A DNA stretch of 64,000 nt from Candidatus Omnitrophota bacterium. Its GTDB lineage: Bacteria; Omnitrophota; Gorgyraeia; Ghiorseimicrobiales; Ghiorseimicrobiaceae. Positions 9,508-19,449 of this stretch are shown here, piece after piece. A program made the position numbers and the translations under genes. The notes beneath the pieces were generated by a model. The model was not told the origin of the DNA, ran no database searches, and was given only the letters and a program-made list of their open reading frames with translations. The first letter of the stretch is position 1. The number at the start of each line of letters is the position of its first letter. The DNA is taken from positions 5,392 through 69,391 of the forward strand of contig JAUXSB010000061.1 of NCBI GenBank assembly GCA_030681595.1. Direction: 5' to 3'.

Positions 9508-10617
9508 TTATTTTAGCTTATTGATAATCTTTTGATTTGCTGAACTCTGTTGATACTCTTTCATCCTTGCATAGCAAATCGACCAGTCAAAAGTATTGTA
9601 TAGGTCATTAAATAAATTATTAGCCCAATTCTTATATCTAACAGAAGAGGGGTTCCAAGCTGTCCATCTGCTGAAGGTTGCCTTGCAATTTGTTACTAAA
9701 GCAAGATTGCCATAGTCATTTCCCCAAAAATATAACTCATTAAAATCTTTTTCTTCAGTATTTAATCCGAGAAAATATGCTACCTGCCCCAAACCTACAG
9801 TGTATGATTGGTAGTTTATTTTAATTCTAATGTCAAAGAAAAATCTCTTATAAAATCTGTATTCGGCGCTGTTGTTATACGTAGAATAATAAATCTTTGT
9901 ACCTTTAGGCATAGCAAGAGCCCTAAATATATTTAAATCATTAAAAAACATATTCTGTTTAAGAGAAATTGGCAATTTATCTTTCTCATATCTTGAAATA
10001 TCATTTTTAACGTTCTCTATTTCTATAAGATGATATTCGCCCATCGTTCCTGAGGGAACCTCTTTTTGAGTTCCGGTTACATGCCAAATATGTCCATAAA
10101 ACATAGAGAGATGACCAAGAATAGCAATAGCTTGAATATCTAAAAGTGGTTTTACTTCTTGAGGCATATTAAAAATAACATCTGTTTTTGAATCCAGAGA
10201 TCTTCTTAAGTAATTGCCAAACACTCCACTCTGTAATCGATAATACTGCCCCAACCCCGGTTTGTCAGGAAAGAACAAAAAGCCATCCTTTACTCTAATC
10301 TTTTTATCTTCATTATTTTTATTATCATTAAAATCTGATTCTTTATGTTCTATAAAATATACTGAAGTTATAGCTCTTTCTAATGTTTCTTCTTTAGTTA
10401 CATAAAATAACGCTCCGATTATAACTCCCGCAATAATTATCGTGGCCTCTTGTATTTTTGTTGAACTTCTATTTATGTACAGAAGCCATAATAAAAAATA
10501 TCCAAGTACTAACAAGCAAATCGGCATTATCTTTGACATAAAACAGCTCCTTTTCTTTGCCCATATTATACCCCTTTTAGTGGCAAATTCTAACCTTTTT
10601 CTTGCCCCGCAAAACAC
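9508..10617 (-). CDS. Hypothetical membrane protein
   Basis: A complete ORF with N-terminal TM helices. The likely start is the internal Met (MSKIMPICLL, about 10539). No recognisable catalytic motif. Confidence 0.35.
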   Translation of the reverse strand: MFCGARKRLEFATKRGIIWAKKRSCFMSKIMPICLLVLGYFLLWLLYINRSSTKIQEATIIIAGVIIGALFYVTKEETLERAITSVYFIEHKESDFNDNKNNEDKKIRVKDGFLFFPDKPGLGQYYRLQSGVFGNYLRRSLDSKTDVIFNMPQEVKPLLDIQAIAILGHLSMFYGHIWHVTGTQKEVPSGTMGEYHLIEIENVKNDISRYEKDKLPISLKQNMFFNDLNIFRALAMPKGTKIYYSTYNNSAEYRFYKRFFFDIRIKINYQSYTVGLGQVAYFLGLNTEEKDFNELYFWGNDYGNLALVTNCKATFSRWTAWNPSSVRYKNWANNLFNDLYNTFDWSICYARMKEYQQSSANQKIINKLK

Positions 10618-10880
10618 CTTAACAATCTCTTCAATTCCTGCGCGCTCAGCCTATCTGCCTCTCTTAGCCCGCACTCATGCCTCAGCAACAGATAAAACCT
10701 TATTATTGCCTTCGTCTCTTCAATCAACTTCCTATGCCTTCTATTCCGGAACCATGTAATTAGGCTAATCATCTTGCCACCTCCTACTATAATTGACGTA
10801 AGAAGTGGCAAAATCTAACAAATATTTTTATGGACATGACATTTTAGAAGCTTATAATATAAGATATTATGAGGTGAAAA

Positions 10881-11801
10881 ATGAGCGCTAAAAAAGCAAG
10901 AGACCTAAAAATACAAGTAGCGGAAGGTATTAAGGTATTAGAAGCATCTGTGACTGTCGTAAAGGCAGCGGATAATGTTGCAGAAATAAAAGCAGGGGAT
11001 TCTTTGGATCAAAAAATCAACACAGCCATGCCACTAACACCAGAGTTAATTGAGAACATGGCTAAAAAAGTCAAAGATTTATTAAACAAACAGTCCTCTG
11101 CTGTAGAAGCTTCTGGAGACTCACAGTTTGAAGGCTTCATCGCCCAAGGAATAGAAGCAGGACTTATTATTAGCGCAACAACAGGTAGCGCTATATCGCT
11201 AAATAAAAGCTTTTTAGTTGGACAGCAGAGTAAAGCGATAATTATAAATAACTTTAAGGATATTAATATTTATCAAGGAAACAAAAGCTATAAAGATCAA
11301 CCTGTAATCACTGAAGAAAGTATAAGAAAAATTACTCTTGCTCAACTTTTTAAACAAATAGAAAATTTAACATTAGGAGCATTGGGGTCAATCATTGTTA
11401 TTTTAGTTGTAATTATTACACTATCATTTAAAGCTGGCTATCATTATAGAGAGATTACTCAATCTTCAACAATAATTAAACAAACACCATCTCTTGAACA
11501 GCTAAACAGCTATCAAATATCACTTCTCAAAGAAATTTACAAATATCAGAAAATAACCGAGGTTAATAAAGTCATTATAGATAGAGTGGGATTTATTTTT
11601 GATGAGTCAACAAAGAAAAACACATCGATCAATGTTGCTGTTAATGTATTGGGTAATCGTGCAGATCAAACTCGATTTGAAGAGCTGATAATATCTATCC
11701 CTGAAGTTTTTCTAAAAAGCTTAACAGAAACAAGATGGGGTAGCCCATATGTTTTAACTATTACAGAAGAAACGCGTAAGCTTTTAGATAAGAATCTCTG
11801 A
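10881..11801 (+). CDS. Hypothetical protein with a central TM helix
   Basis: A complete ORF with a GAGGTG RBS before the ATG at 10881. It has a single hydrophobic segment LGALGSIIVILVVIITL. Confidence 0.35.
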   Translation: MSAKKARDLKIQVAEGIKVLEASVTVVKAADNVAEIKAGDSLDQKINTAMPLTPELIENMAKKVKDLLNKQSSAVEASGDSQFEGFIAQGIEAGLIISATTGSAISLNKSFLVGQQSKAIIINNFKDINIYQGNKSYKDQPVITEESIRKITLAQLFKQIENLTLGALGSIIVILVVIITLSFKAGYHYREITQSSTIIKQTPSLEQLNSYQISLLKEIYKYQKITEVNKVIIDRVGFIFDESTKKNTSINVAVNVLGNRADQTRFEELIISIPEVFLKSLTETRWGSPYVLTITEETRKLLDKNL

Positions 11802-12040
11802 AATCATTTTAACTATTTTTAAGAAATTCCCTTAACCCTTGTAAATCCTTCTTTAAAGCCGTATCTAATACCTCGCTTAAAATCTGCCTTATAAATATAT
11901 TTCAGAATAAATTTGACCATATTGCCTCAATTATACCACTTCCATTTCGAAATTGTAAGGATTTAGGGAGTGGCGAACTCTAACGGAAATATTTTAAGAA
12001 ATCGAAAGAAAGGAACATACCTAACTTCAACGACTAATGA

Positions 12041-13201
12041 TCAATTATGTTCGGTGTTCCCCATTTCACTAAGAACGCGCGGTAGCTGGCGGTATGACCC
12101 TACCTTGAGCATGGAAGTTATAAGCAATGGGAGGTGAGGATTTCGTTTTTTTGCTTGCCTCAGGTATTCATGGGTACGCTTGTCGACAACAACGGCATCC
12201 AGATACGGCATCAATGATGTGATATATTCGTCATTGAGATCGCTCCCGCTTGCTCTAATTGCTTTTCTGCGAGACCTGCGAATCTCATATATGATTTCCT
12301 CTGAAGGTAATCTATGACTCTTAAGTCTCGGCCATATAGATTCAATTTCAAGACCAAGTTGTCTTGTAGAAATAGCCACTTGTTGACGCCGAGCCGCCAT
12401 ATCTCTAAACTCACCTAAAGTAATACCCTCAGGAAGATCCTTAAGCGTATATCCGAATTGCTTAGCGAAGGCTTCATAGGTATTCAGACTGCTTTTTGAT
12501 ATTTCTGTAATATTTGAAAATATATCGTTACAAAAATCACGTGCAACTGCTTGATGATCTAACAACCTCTTGTCACCTCGTGTGACAAGTTCATTCTTAA
12601 GCGTTGATACTTCTCTCTGATATGCCAGCTTCTCTTCTCCCGATGAGAGGGAAAGTTTATCTTTAAGGACAGACAGCGGCGCATTATCGTTAACATCATG
12701 GCGCGCATGTAAAATTGATGCTACCTCCTGTTGCTTTTTGCCTAAACCTAAAGCTGTCATGTCTTGCCGAAGTTCACGCCACATTTTTAATGTCGGGATG
12801 TCAGAAGGAGCTCCAAAACGCAACAAGCAGACCCTTGTAGCTGAAAATAAATTCTCAACAGTGGCATCGCATTCTGCTGAAAGATAAACCTTTATTTCCG
12901 CTGCTAGCACGTCAACCACTGAACCGATGTGATTCGAACCATCAGCTTTCCATATCCACGCAACATGCGGGAGATTCAAAATAAACCGCATTCGACTCTC
13001 GGCAATGGTTTCTTCGGGATGTCTTATCAACTCCTCAAAATGATACCAGCTAATAACTAGAATCCAATTCTCTGATAGAATTTGATTTAATACTCTACTG
13101 GCTATCTCTCGGCGAGCTGCAACCTGGGAATAAGCATCTTCTGCCCACTTACCAAGAATTGAAGAGTCAATTGCTATAAACTTAGGTTTACTAAGAGACA
13201 T
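12041..13201 (-). CDS. Hypothetical protein (possible PIN-like N-terminus), noticeably more GC-rich than the adjacent island genes
   Basis: A 386-aa complete ORF. The N-terminal KFIAIDSSILGKW resembles a PIN first-Asp motif, but the call is weak. An RHH gene lies upstream on the same strand. Confidence 0.35.
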   Translation of the reverse strand: MSLSKPKFIAIDSSILGKWAEDAYSQVAARREIASRVLNQILSENWILVISWYHFEELIRHPEETIAESRMRFILNLPHVAWIWKADGSNHIGSVVDVLAAEIKVYLSAECDATVENLFSATRVCLLRFGAPSDIPTLKMWRELRQDMTALGLGKKQQEVASILHARHDVNDNAPLSVLKDKLSLSSGEEKLAYQREVSTLKNELVTRGDKRLLDHQAVARDFCNDIFSNITEISKSSLNTYEAFAKQFGYTLKDLPEGITLGEFRDMAARRQQVAISTRQLGLEIESIWPRLKSHRLPSEEIIYEIRRSRRKAIRASGSDLNDEYITSLMPYLDAVVVDKRTHEYLRQAKKRNPHLPLLITSMLKVGSYRQLPRVLSEMGNTEHN

Positions 13202-13332
13202 GTAAGTTAATTATTGTAATTTTGGCTTTATTTTACCACTTGTAACATCAAACTCAAGGATTTCATTACCTCACAACAAACTCCAGGTATGGACAGTCAA
13301 GGGTCGCATCTCTTCCATGAGCCGTTACCAAA

Positions 13333-13758
13333 CTAAACTTCAAGATACCCCTCAGCCGCCTCCCTCGCCAATTCACTTATCTTCCTGCCAGTCTTCTCTG
13401 CTAGCTCCCTTAATTTTCTGTCCTGTTCTTTCGTAATCGTTCTAGAGAATAATTTAAGTCCTATAGGGGAAATCTTCCTCAGCGGCTCGTAAGGCAGCCC
13501 TTTCTTTTCTATATCCTTGAAATAGGCATCAATGATCTTTCTTAATGCCGCGGATTCTGTTGTATTCAGTTTCTTAGCCAAATTATTGAGTTTCTTGGCT
13601 AAATCAGGGGTTAAGCCGACGTAAACAGTTGTGTAATTTCTTCTGTTGAAGTTTGTCTTAACCAGTTGTTTTTCATGGGGTAACGAAGTTTGGAAATGAA
13701 GCTGAAGGCATTTTCGTGTATTGACAAGGTAAGATATGGGCGGTGCCGGTCCTGACAA
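13333..13758 (-). CDS. Ribbon-helix-helix (CopG/Arc-like) DNA-binding protein with tandem RHH-like segments
   Basis: TTVYVGLTPDLAKKLNNLAKKLNTTESAALRKIIDAYF and ITKEQDRKLRELAEKTGRKISELAREAAEGYLE both look like RHH beta-strand-helix-helix units. The annotated N-terminus overlaps the comEC remnant frame, so the true start is uncertain. Confidence 0.45.
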   Translation of the reverse strand: MSGPAPPISYLVNTRKCLQLHFQTSLPHEKQLVKTNFNRRNYTTVYVGLTPDLAKKLNNLAKKLNTTESAALRKIIDAYFKDIEKKGLPYEPLRKISPIGLKLFSRTITKEQDRKLRELAEKTGRKISELAREAAEGYLEV

Positions 13759-14527
13759 ATACTTCTAAAATCCCTTTAGGCAAACTCGACCTATCCCCTA
13801 ATAACATTGTTGATAAAACCGCCGCGTAGCTTTTAGGCATATTAGCGTAAAAACCCGCCTGTATCTTTTGCTTAAACCTTAAGGCAATTTCTTTAATAGG
13901 GCTTGCTTTATGCCGGGCGATTACTTCAAAGCGGTTGTCCTTTTTTACATTTAACACGCCATATATGCCTTGGCGCGCTAAATAGCGGCGATAATTAAAG
14001 TTGCCTTTCCCGCTAAAATTATACGGGCTAAAAAAATTCCCTTCTAAGATTAATTCATCTCCGTAAGATACTGGATGCCCGCTTGCCTCGCCAGCGCTTT
14101 GTGGCGGGTCAAAAAGCTGAACTAAAATTTTTCCCCTCGCTGTTGCTTTTTGCTCCCCAAACCCTATCTCCGACAAACGTAATATGAACCTAACTCTTTC
14201 CCCTTTAAGTTGCGGCTCATTCTCAATTATTCCTGTCGCTAAAACTTTATCCTGCCAAAAAAGTGATTTGTAATTGCTGATGTGGTTTTTCGGCAAAGCC
14301 TGACAGCACGATAAATATGCGGCGCCTAAAAAGAAAACCAACCCCAGTAAATTTATGTCAAAGGCTTCGTCATTTTTTAAAAACAGGCAAACGAAAAATA
14401 AAAATACGCTGAGGCAATAACAAATAAAAAACGGGATACTGCCAAATTGCGCCGCCAATATCCCTAAAATAAAACTGATTACAGCCGCCGGAAGGACAAA
14501 GATTATTTTTTTATTTTGATTACTCAA
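13673..14527 (-). pseudogene. comEC: comEC N-terminal fragment (DUF4131 region) truncated within the competence-domain motif
   Basis: AAVLSTMLLGDRSSLPKGILEVFVRTGTAHIL matches the ComEC LGDRSGL...RTGTAHLLAISGLH region. The frame ends 18 codons later without the competence TM domain or the metallo-beta-lactamase domain. It overlaps the comEA start by 8 nt. Confidence 0.5.
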
Positions 14528-14891
14528 GAATAAGAAATGCTTTTATTTTTTCTATTTTCTTCTCGCTTATGCCTTTGATATTTTTTAACTGGTTTATCTC
14601 GGTGAATTTACCGTTTTTTATACGGTAATCGATAATCGCCTGCGCGGTTTTTGGCCCGATAAGCGGCAATTCAGCCAACTGTTCTTTATCCGCGGTATTA
14701 ATATTGACTTTGAGGGGTTTATTAAATGATGGGGTAGCGTAAATTTCGCCTGCCTTGGGCATTACCTTAAACAAATAACTTATGCCGATGCCGACAAGTG
14801 CCGCAAAGGTAACCGCCAAAATGACATTCTTTTCCTGACGGGTGAGGTTAAGCTGGAGCATATATTTAAATAACCAATGGCCAATTACCAA
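14520..14891 (-). CDS. comEA: ComEA-like helix-hairpin-helix DNA-binding competence protein
   Basis: An N-terminal TM helix is followed by INTADKEQLAELPLIGPKTAQAIIDYRIKNGKF..INQLKNIKGISEKKIEKI (tandem HhH). Confidence 0.7.
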   Translation of the reverse strand: MVIGHWLFKYMLQLNLTRQEKNVILAVTFAALVGIGISYLFKVMPKAGEIYATPSFNKPLKVNINTADKEQLAELPLIGPKTAQAIIDYRIKNGKFTEINQLKNIKGISEKKIEKIKAFLILE

Positions 14892-14927
14892 ATCCCAATG
14901 AATAGGAAATTACGAAATTTATTAAGA

Positions 14928-17339
14928 TTATATTACTATATTCACCAGCTTATTCGGCACAACTACAAAATTTTTGATTGGCTTGCCTTCAAGCCATTTT
15001 TTGACTATTTCGCGGGAAAGAACCAAATCTTTGAGGAGTTCTTTACCTATATCGACTTCGACTTCAATTTTATCTCTCACTTTACCGTTAATTTGTATAA
15101 CCAAGGCGGCCTTGTCTAACTTTAAGAATTCCGGATTAAACTCAGGCCATGAGGCGCAAGTAACGCTCTCTTTCTCTCCGAGCGAGTGCCACATTTCTTC
15201 GGCAATATGCGGCACAAACGGCGAAAGCAAAATTACCAGCGCCTTTAATACGTCTTTATTTGCCGCATCAGCCTTATAAATTTCATTTACCAATTCCATT
15301 ATTGAACTTATCGCTGTATTGAATTTAAACCCGCCTTCCATGTCTTCGGTTACTTTTTTAATCGTGCTATGCAGGCGGCGCAGAAGTTCTAGGCTCGGCG
15401 CTTTATCATCGGCTTTCTCCAATAAGCGCCAGACACGCATTAAAAATTTAAAAGAACCGTCTATTGCCGTATCATTCCATTCAAGCTCTGTCTCAGGGGG
15501 GGCAGCAAAAAGAATAAATAATCGCAGAGTATCAGCGCCATATTTCTTGATAATCCCATCAGGGTCAACAATATTGCCCTTTGACTTAGACATTACTTCG
15601 CCGTCTTTTAAAACCATCCCTTGCGTAAGCAGCTTATTAAACGGCTCATCTACCGAAGCTAAGCCTAAGTCTTTAAGAAATTTGGTATAAAAACGCGAAT
15701 AAAGCAAGTGCAAAATAGCATGTTCAATACCCCCGATATACTGGTCTACCGGCATCCAGTAAGCCGCTTCATTTTTGTCAAAAGGCGCTTCGCTAAACCT
15801 TGGTGAGCAAAAACGCAGGAAATACCACGACGAATCAATAAAAGTTGCCATGGTATCGGTCTCACGGCGCGCATGGCCTTTACATTTCGGGCATTTAACA
15901 TTGGTAAATTCTTCCACCTTAGAAAGCGGGCTGCCGCCTTCACCTGTAATCTTTATCTTTTCGGGTAGTTTTACCGGTAAATCTTCGTATGGCACACCGA
16001 CAACGCCGCACTTTAAGCAGTATATTACCGGGATAGGTGTACCCCAGTAACGCTGGCGCGAAATCAACCAGTCCTTAAGCCGCCAATTAGTAGTAATTTT
16101 ACCAATGCTTTTTTTCTCCATCCACTGGGCAATTTTTTCCTTGGCCGGATAATTTCTCGACCCGTCAAACTGCCCAGAATTTACCAAATAGCCTATCCCC
16201 TCATGCGCTTCAGTCATACTATCAACTGAAAGAATAGATTCATCGTCCAATCCCGGCTGAATTACTATGCGCATTGGCAGGTTGTGTTCTTTGGCAAAGA
16301 TAAAATCGCGCTGGTCATGTGTAGGGACCGCCATAATTGCCCCTGTCCCATATTCCATCAATACGTAATCCGCGATAAAAACCGGAATAATTTCATTATT
16401 TACGGGATTTACAGATTTTATTCCCTTGAGTTCAATACCGGACTTGTCTTTTTCTATGCGTTCCAGCCTGGTCTTTTTTTTCGCATTTTCAATATAGCCT
16501 GATACCTCTTTTATATTTAATATTTTATCTTTTATCTTTTCTATTATTTTATGTTCCGGAGCTAACACAATATAAGTTGCCCCAAAAATAGTATCAGCGC
16601 GGGTGGTAAATACCGGAATTATAGTATCGCTGTTTTCTAAGCGAAAATAAATTTCCACCCCACTACTTCTGCCAATCCAATTGTATTGCATGGCAATTAC
16701 GCGGTCCGACCAATGTTTTAATTGGGCCAAATCTTCTAAAAGCGCATCCTGATACTGGGTAATCTTTAGATACCACTGCTCCAAATCCTTTTGCAAAACC
16801 GGCGTATGGCACCTCCAGCATCCACCGTAAATTACTTCTTCATTTGCTAAAGTTGTTTCACAGCTGGGGCACCAGTTTACGCTGGATGCTTTTTTATAAG
16901 CAAGGCCGCGCTCCATCATCTTTAAGAATATCCACTGGTTAAAACGGTAATATTCAGGGTCACAGGTTGCTAATTCCCGTTCCCAATCATAAGAAAAACC
17001 CATCCGTTTAAGCTCAACCTTCATCCAGTCCATGCATTTATATGTCCAATCTTTAGGATCAGAGTTATTTTTTATGGCGGCATTTTCCGCAGGCTGGCCG
17101 AAAGCGTCAAACCCCATAGGATGAAGCACATTAAATCCGCATATCCTCTTATAACGCGCTACGACATCCCCGATAGTGTAATTGCGCACATGGCCCATAT
17201 GTATCCTGCCTGAAGGGTAGGGAAACATTTCCAGGCAATAGAATTTTTTACGCGTGTAGTCCATTTTGGCGCGGAAAATTCCCTTCTCCTGCCAGAACTT
17301 CTGCCATTTAGGTTCAATTTGTGAAAAATCGTAAATCAT
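14928..17339 (-). CDS. leuS: Leucyl-tRNA synthetase
   Basis: 803 aa with the HMGH motif ([12 protein letters not shown]), the KMSKS motif (VMSKSKGN) and a CP1 editing domain. Confidence 0.95.
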   Translation of the reverse strand: MIYDFSQIEPKWQKFWQEKGIFRAKMDYTRKKFYCLEMFPYPSGRIHMGHVRNYTIGDVVARYKRICGFNVLHPMGFDAFGQPAENAAIKNNSDPKDWTYKCMDWMKVELKRMGFSYDWERELATCDPEYYRFNQWIFLKMMERGLAYKKASSVNWCPSCETTLANEEVIYGGCWRCHTPVLQKDLEQWYLKITQYQDALLEDLAQLKHWSDRVIAMQYNWIGRSSGVEIYFRLENSDTIIPVFTTRADTIFGATYIVLAPEHKIIEKIKDKILNIKEVSGYIENAKKKTRLERIEKDKSGIELKGIKSVNPVNNEIIPVFIADYVLMEYGTGAIMAVPTHDQRDFIFAKEHNLPMRIVIQPGLDDESILSVDSMTEAHEGIGYLVNSGQFDGSRNYPAKEKIAQWMEKKSIGKITTNWRLKDWLISRQRYWGTPIPVIYCLKCGVVGVPYEDLPVKLPEKIKITGEGGSPLSKVEEFTNVKCPKCKGHARRETDTMATFIDSSWYFLRFCSPRFSEAPFDKNEAAYWMPVDQYIGGIEHAILHLLYSRFYTKFLKDLGLASVDEPFNKLLTQGMVLKDGEVMSKSKGNIVDPDGIIKKYGADTLRLFILFAAPPETELEWNDTAIDGSFKFLMRVWRLLEKADDKAPSLELLRRLHSTIKKVTEDMEGGFKFNTAISSIMELVNEIYKADAANKDVLKALVILLSPFVPHIAEEMWHSLGEKESVTCASWPEFNPEFLKLDKAALVIQINGKVRDKIEVEVDIGKELLKDLVLSREIVKKWLEGKPIKNFVVVPNKLVNIVI

Positions 17340-17344
17340 AAGTT

Positions 17345-17839
17345 TTAACGATAATTGCAGAAAGAAAGCGGAAGGGGGAAATCTATGCCTCTTAGATGCG
17401 CAATCACAGCTTGTAAATCGTCTTTCTTCGGCGAGGAAACCTTAATTTTTTCTCCTTCAATCTGAGTCTGTACTTTTAACCCCAGATCCTTGATAATTTT
17501 ATTTAACTCTTTAGCCTTTTCTTTGTCAATGCCGCTTGAAATTTCTACCGCCTGCCGTAAAGTCCCTTCAAAAGCTTTCTCGGGTTCTTTAAAATTAAAG
17601 AATTTTACCGACACCCCTCTTTTGGCTAATCTTGTCGCCAGCATATCCCTTAAAGCGCAGAGCTTAAAATCGTCATCTCCAATAAGAGTCAACTTCTTCT
17701 CAACGCGCTCAAATTCAATAGAAGACTTACTACCCTTAAAATCATACCGCTGGGCAAGCTCCTTCTTCGCCTGATTTACGGCATTATCTACTTCCTGCAT
17801 ATCTATTTCTGAGACAATATCAAAAGAAAAATTAGCCAT
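17345..17839 (-). CDS. yajQ: YajQ family nucleotide (c-di-GMP)-binding protein
   Basis: 164 aa starting [27 protein letters not shown], typical of the YajQ/UPF0234 N-terminus. Confidence 0.75.
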   Translation of the reverse strand: MANFSFDIVSEIDMQEVDNAVNQAKKELAQRYDFKGSKSSIEFERVEKKLTLIGDDDFKLCALRDMLATRLAKRGVSVKFFNFKEPEKAFEGTLRQAVEISSGIDKEKAKELNKIIKDLGLKVQTQIEGEKIKVSSPKKDDLQAVIAHLRGIDFPLPLSFCNYR

Positions 17840-17892
17840 ATTCTTCCCCTTTTTGCATATTTTTATTATTGTAACATAAAAACGGCTATTTT

Positions 17893-17930
17893 CAAGCCAA
17901 CAAAAAATCCCAACGTATTGTTGGGATTAA
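17893..17930. terminator. Bidirectional rho-independent terminator hairpin
   Basis: aaaaaatcccaacgtattgttgggattaaaaaaaa is a perfect 9-bp stem flanked by A-runs and T-runs on both strands. Confidence 0.5.
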
Positions 17931-18280
17931 AAAAAACGCCGACAAAGGCGACATTATTTACTATCACCCTTATCTAACTTCCGGCCCTCTCTTTCAAGGC
18001 ATGTTAAGGAATTACCTCATCGCCTCCTCGCATCCTTACCTTACTAGGGCCTACCTTTATCGGCTACTTATAGTATAACACAGATTTTACCCTTTTTCAA
18101 GGGGAGGCACCCGACGAGAAATTTAGCGTAAGGTAAATATGGTACACGGGAAACAGTCAACGCCCTATAATGGTGAATGCCGAATTACACTAATTCGGCA
18201 TTCATAAAACCTTTCATTGTGGTGGCGCCGAAATACATTGTTTCGACATCCACTTCTAATTTCATTAAAGAAATTAGAAG

Positions 18281-18353
18281 TGGAGCTGGAGGGAGTTGAA
18301 CCCTCGACCTATTGCATGCCATGCAAGCGCTCTCCCAACTGAGCTACAGCCCC
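18281..18353 (-). tRNA. tRNA-Ala (anticodon GGC), no encoded CCA
   Basis: Reverse complement GGGGCTGTAGCTCAGTTGGGAGAGCGCTTGCATGGCATGCAATAGGTCGAGGGTTCAACTCCCTCCAGCTCCA. It folds as a cloverleaf with anticodon loop ATGGCAT. One C-T mismatch lies at the base of the anticodon stem. Confidence 0.75.
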
Positions 18354-18480
18354 ATATTTTAAATGACAAAATAAACTAAATTAAGTCCTTGACCTTTGAT
18401 ATGTTAGAATATAAAATAGTGGACATCAACTCGCCTTAATATTATATCAATAAAAGAGGCTGGGTCAACTAAATCTTGCG

Positions 18481-18909
18481 GTGGCCGCTAAGCCAAGCCT
18501 AATGAAAAATACTATCCACTTAAAGCATAATTGGGATATAATATTATTCGGGATTATAGAAATTCTTATTGGCGGAATAACTTTAACGGCTGTATTGTTA
18601 AGCCTTATTGAGAGTAAATCTACAAAACCGCTAAATATACTGCTATTTGTCTTATTTACCGCCTCGACTTCATTAGGTATAGGCATAGGGATAATAAAAC
18701 GCAACCTGGTTTGCTGCCGTTTATTGCTTTATTTCTCCAGTATAATTGTTTTAAGTAAATTTTTGATCTTTGCTAAAATTATCAGTATTAACGGCGCGCT
18801 GGAAACAACCATTCCCAGCCCGGTAAAAAACATAACTTCTATAATCTATCACGGCATCATTCTGCTTTATTTCACGCGCCGTAACATAAAAGCTAAATTT
18901 AGAGAGTAA
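18481..18909 (+). CDS. Small hypothetical multi-pass membrane protein
   Basis: 142 aa with four hydrophobic segments; it ends 5 nt before tRNA-Leu. Confidence 0.4.
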   Translation: MAAKPSLMKNTIHLKHNWDIILFGIIEILIGGITLTAVLLSLIESKSTKPLNILLFVLFTASTSLGIGIGIIKRNLVCCRLLLYFSSIIVLSKFLIFAKIISINGALETTIPSPVKNITSIIYHGIILLYFTRRNIKAKFRE

Positions 18910-18914
18910 ATATT

Positions 18915-19000
18915 GCCGAAGTGGTGGAATGGCATACACGTCGGTCTCAAAAACCGATGAGCGTAAGCTCGTAAGGGTTCAACTCCCTTCTTCGGCACCA
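18915..19000 (+). tRNA. tRNA-Leu (anticodon CAA) with encoded CCA and a long variable arm
   Basis: GCCGAAGTGGTGGAATGGCATACACGTCGGTCTCAAAAACCGATGAGCGTAAGCTCGTAAGGGTTCAACTCCCTTCTTCGGCACCA. Anticodon stem TCGGT/ACCGA, loop CTCAAAA. Confidence 0.8.
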
Positions 19001-19064
19001 TTTGTTCATAATTAACCGCCCACAACCCACGGAAAGAAGAACCCGGAAAGCTTAACAGAAGAAA

Positions 19065-19093
19065 TTGACAAAATTGATATAATCACATATAAT
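19065..19093 (+). promoter_or_regulatory. Near-consensus sigma70-type promoter upstream of rpmA
   Basis: TTGACA (19065-19070), a 17-nt spacer, then TATAAT (19088-19093). AGGAGG RBS at 19147-19152. Confidence 0.45.
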
Positions 19094-19159
19094 AGGGGTC
19101 TTCTATTTAGGTATCGAATTAAGGAATGGACTTATGTGTTTATTTAGGAGGTTTTAAAA

Positions 19160-19447
19160 ATGGCTCAACGTGGTGGTTTATCGCACATACATTACAAAGA
19201 AACCCGGGGATTAAAAGTAGCTGCCGGCCAGTTCGTTACGACCGGATCAGTTTTAACCCGCCAGGGGAATAAGTGGAAGGCGGGTTTAAATGTGGCAGAT
19301 TCTGGCACGCTTTTTGCCAAGATAGACGGGACAGTTTATTTTACCAAGAAAAGAAGCGCCTACAGGAAAACCAACATACATACCATTATCAATATAAAGC
19401 CGGGAAAACCTGCTGTGGCTTCAGCCGGCATGAAAAAAGCAAAATAG
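19160..19447 (+). CDS. rpmA: Ribosomal protein L27-like, with a divergent N-terminus
   Basis: VAAGQFVTTGSVLTRQGNKWKAGLNVADSGTLFAKIDGTVYF matches the L27 core (FGGE.V.AG.I.VRQRG..FH.G.NVG.G.DHTLFA..DG.V.F). The N-terminus MAQRGGLSH lacks the canonical AHKKG. Confidence 0.65.
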   Translation: MAQRGGLSHIHYKETRGLKVAAGQFVTTGSVLTRQGNKWKAGLNVADSGTLFAKIDGTVYFTKKRSAYRKTNIHTIINIKPGKPAVASAGMKKAK

Positions 19448-19449
19448 CC

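Noticed and set aside
10590-10811. 73-aa minus ORF at the head of the EEP/YiiX operon
   Set aside because: It is Arg-rich and looks like translation of GC-rich spacer sequence with no RBS. It is kept only as a possible small gene in the finding, not as a feature.
15319-15690. Plus-strand ORFs (also 14877, 14974, 15775, 16284) inside leuS
   Set aside because: They are antisense to a highly confident leuS and are Ser/Arg-rich translation artefacts.
17935-18280. Attempt to call RNase P RNA, tmRNA or SRP RNA
   Set aside because: I could not find GGAAAGUCCGG/ACAGAACCCGGCUUA (RNase P), the tRNA-like ends or tag ORF (tmRNA), or GGAAGCAGCC helix 8 (SRP). The region is left as an uncalled structured region.
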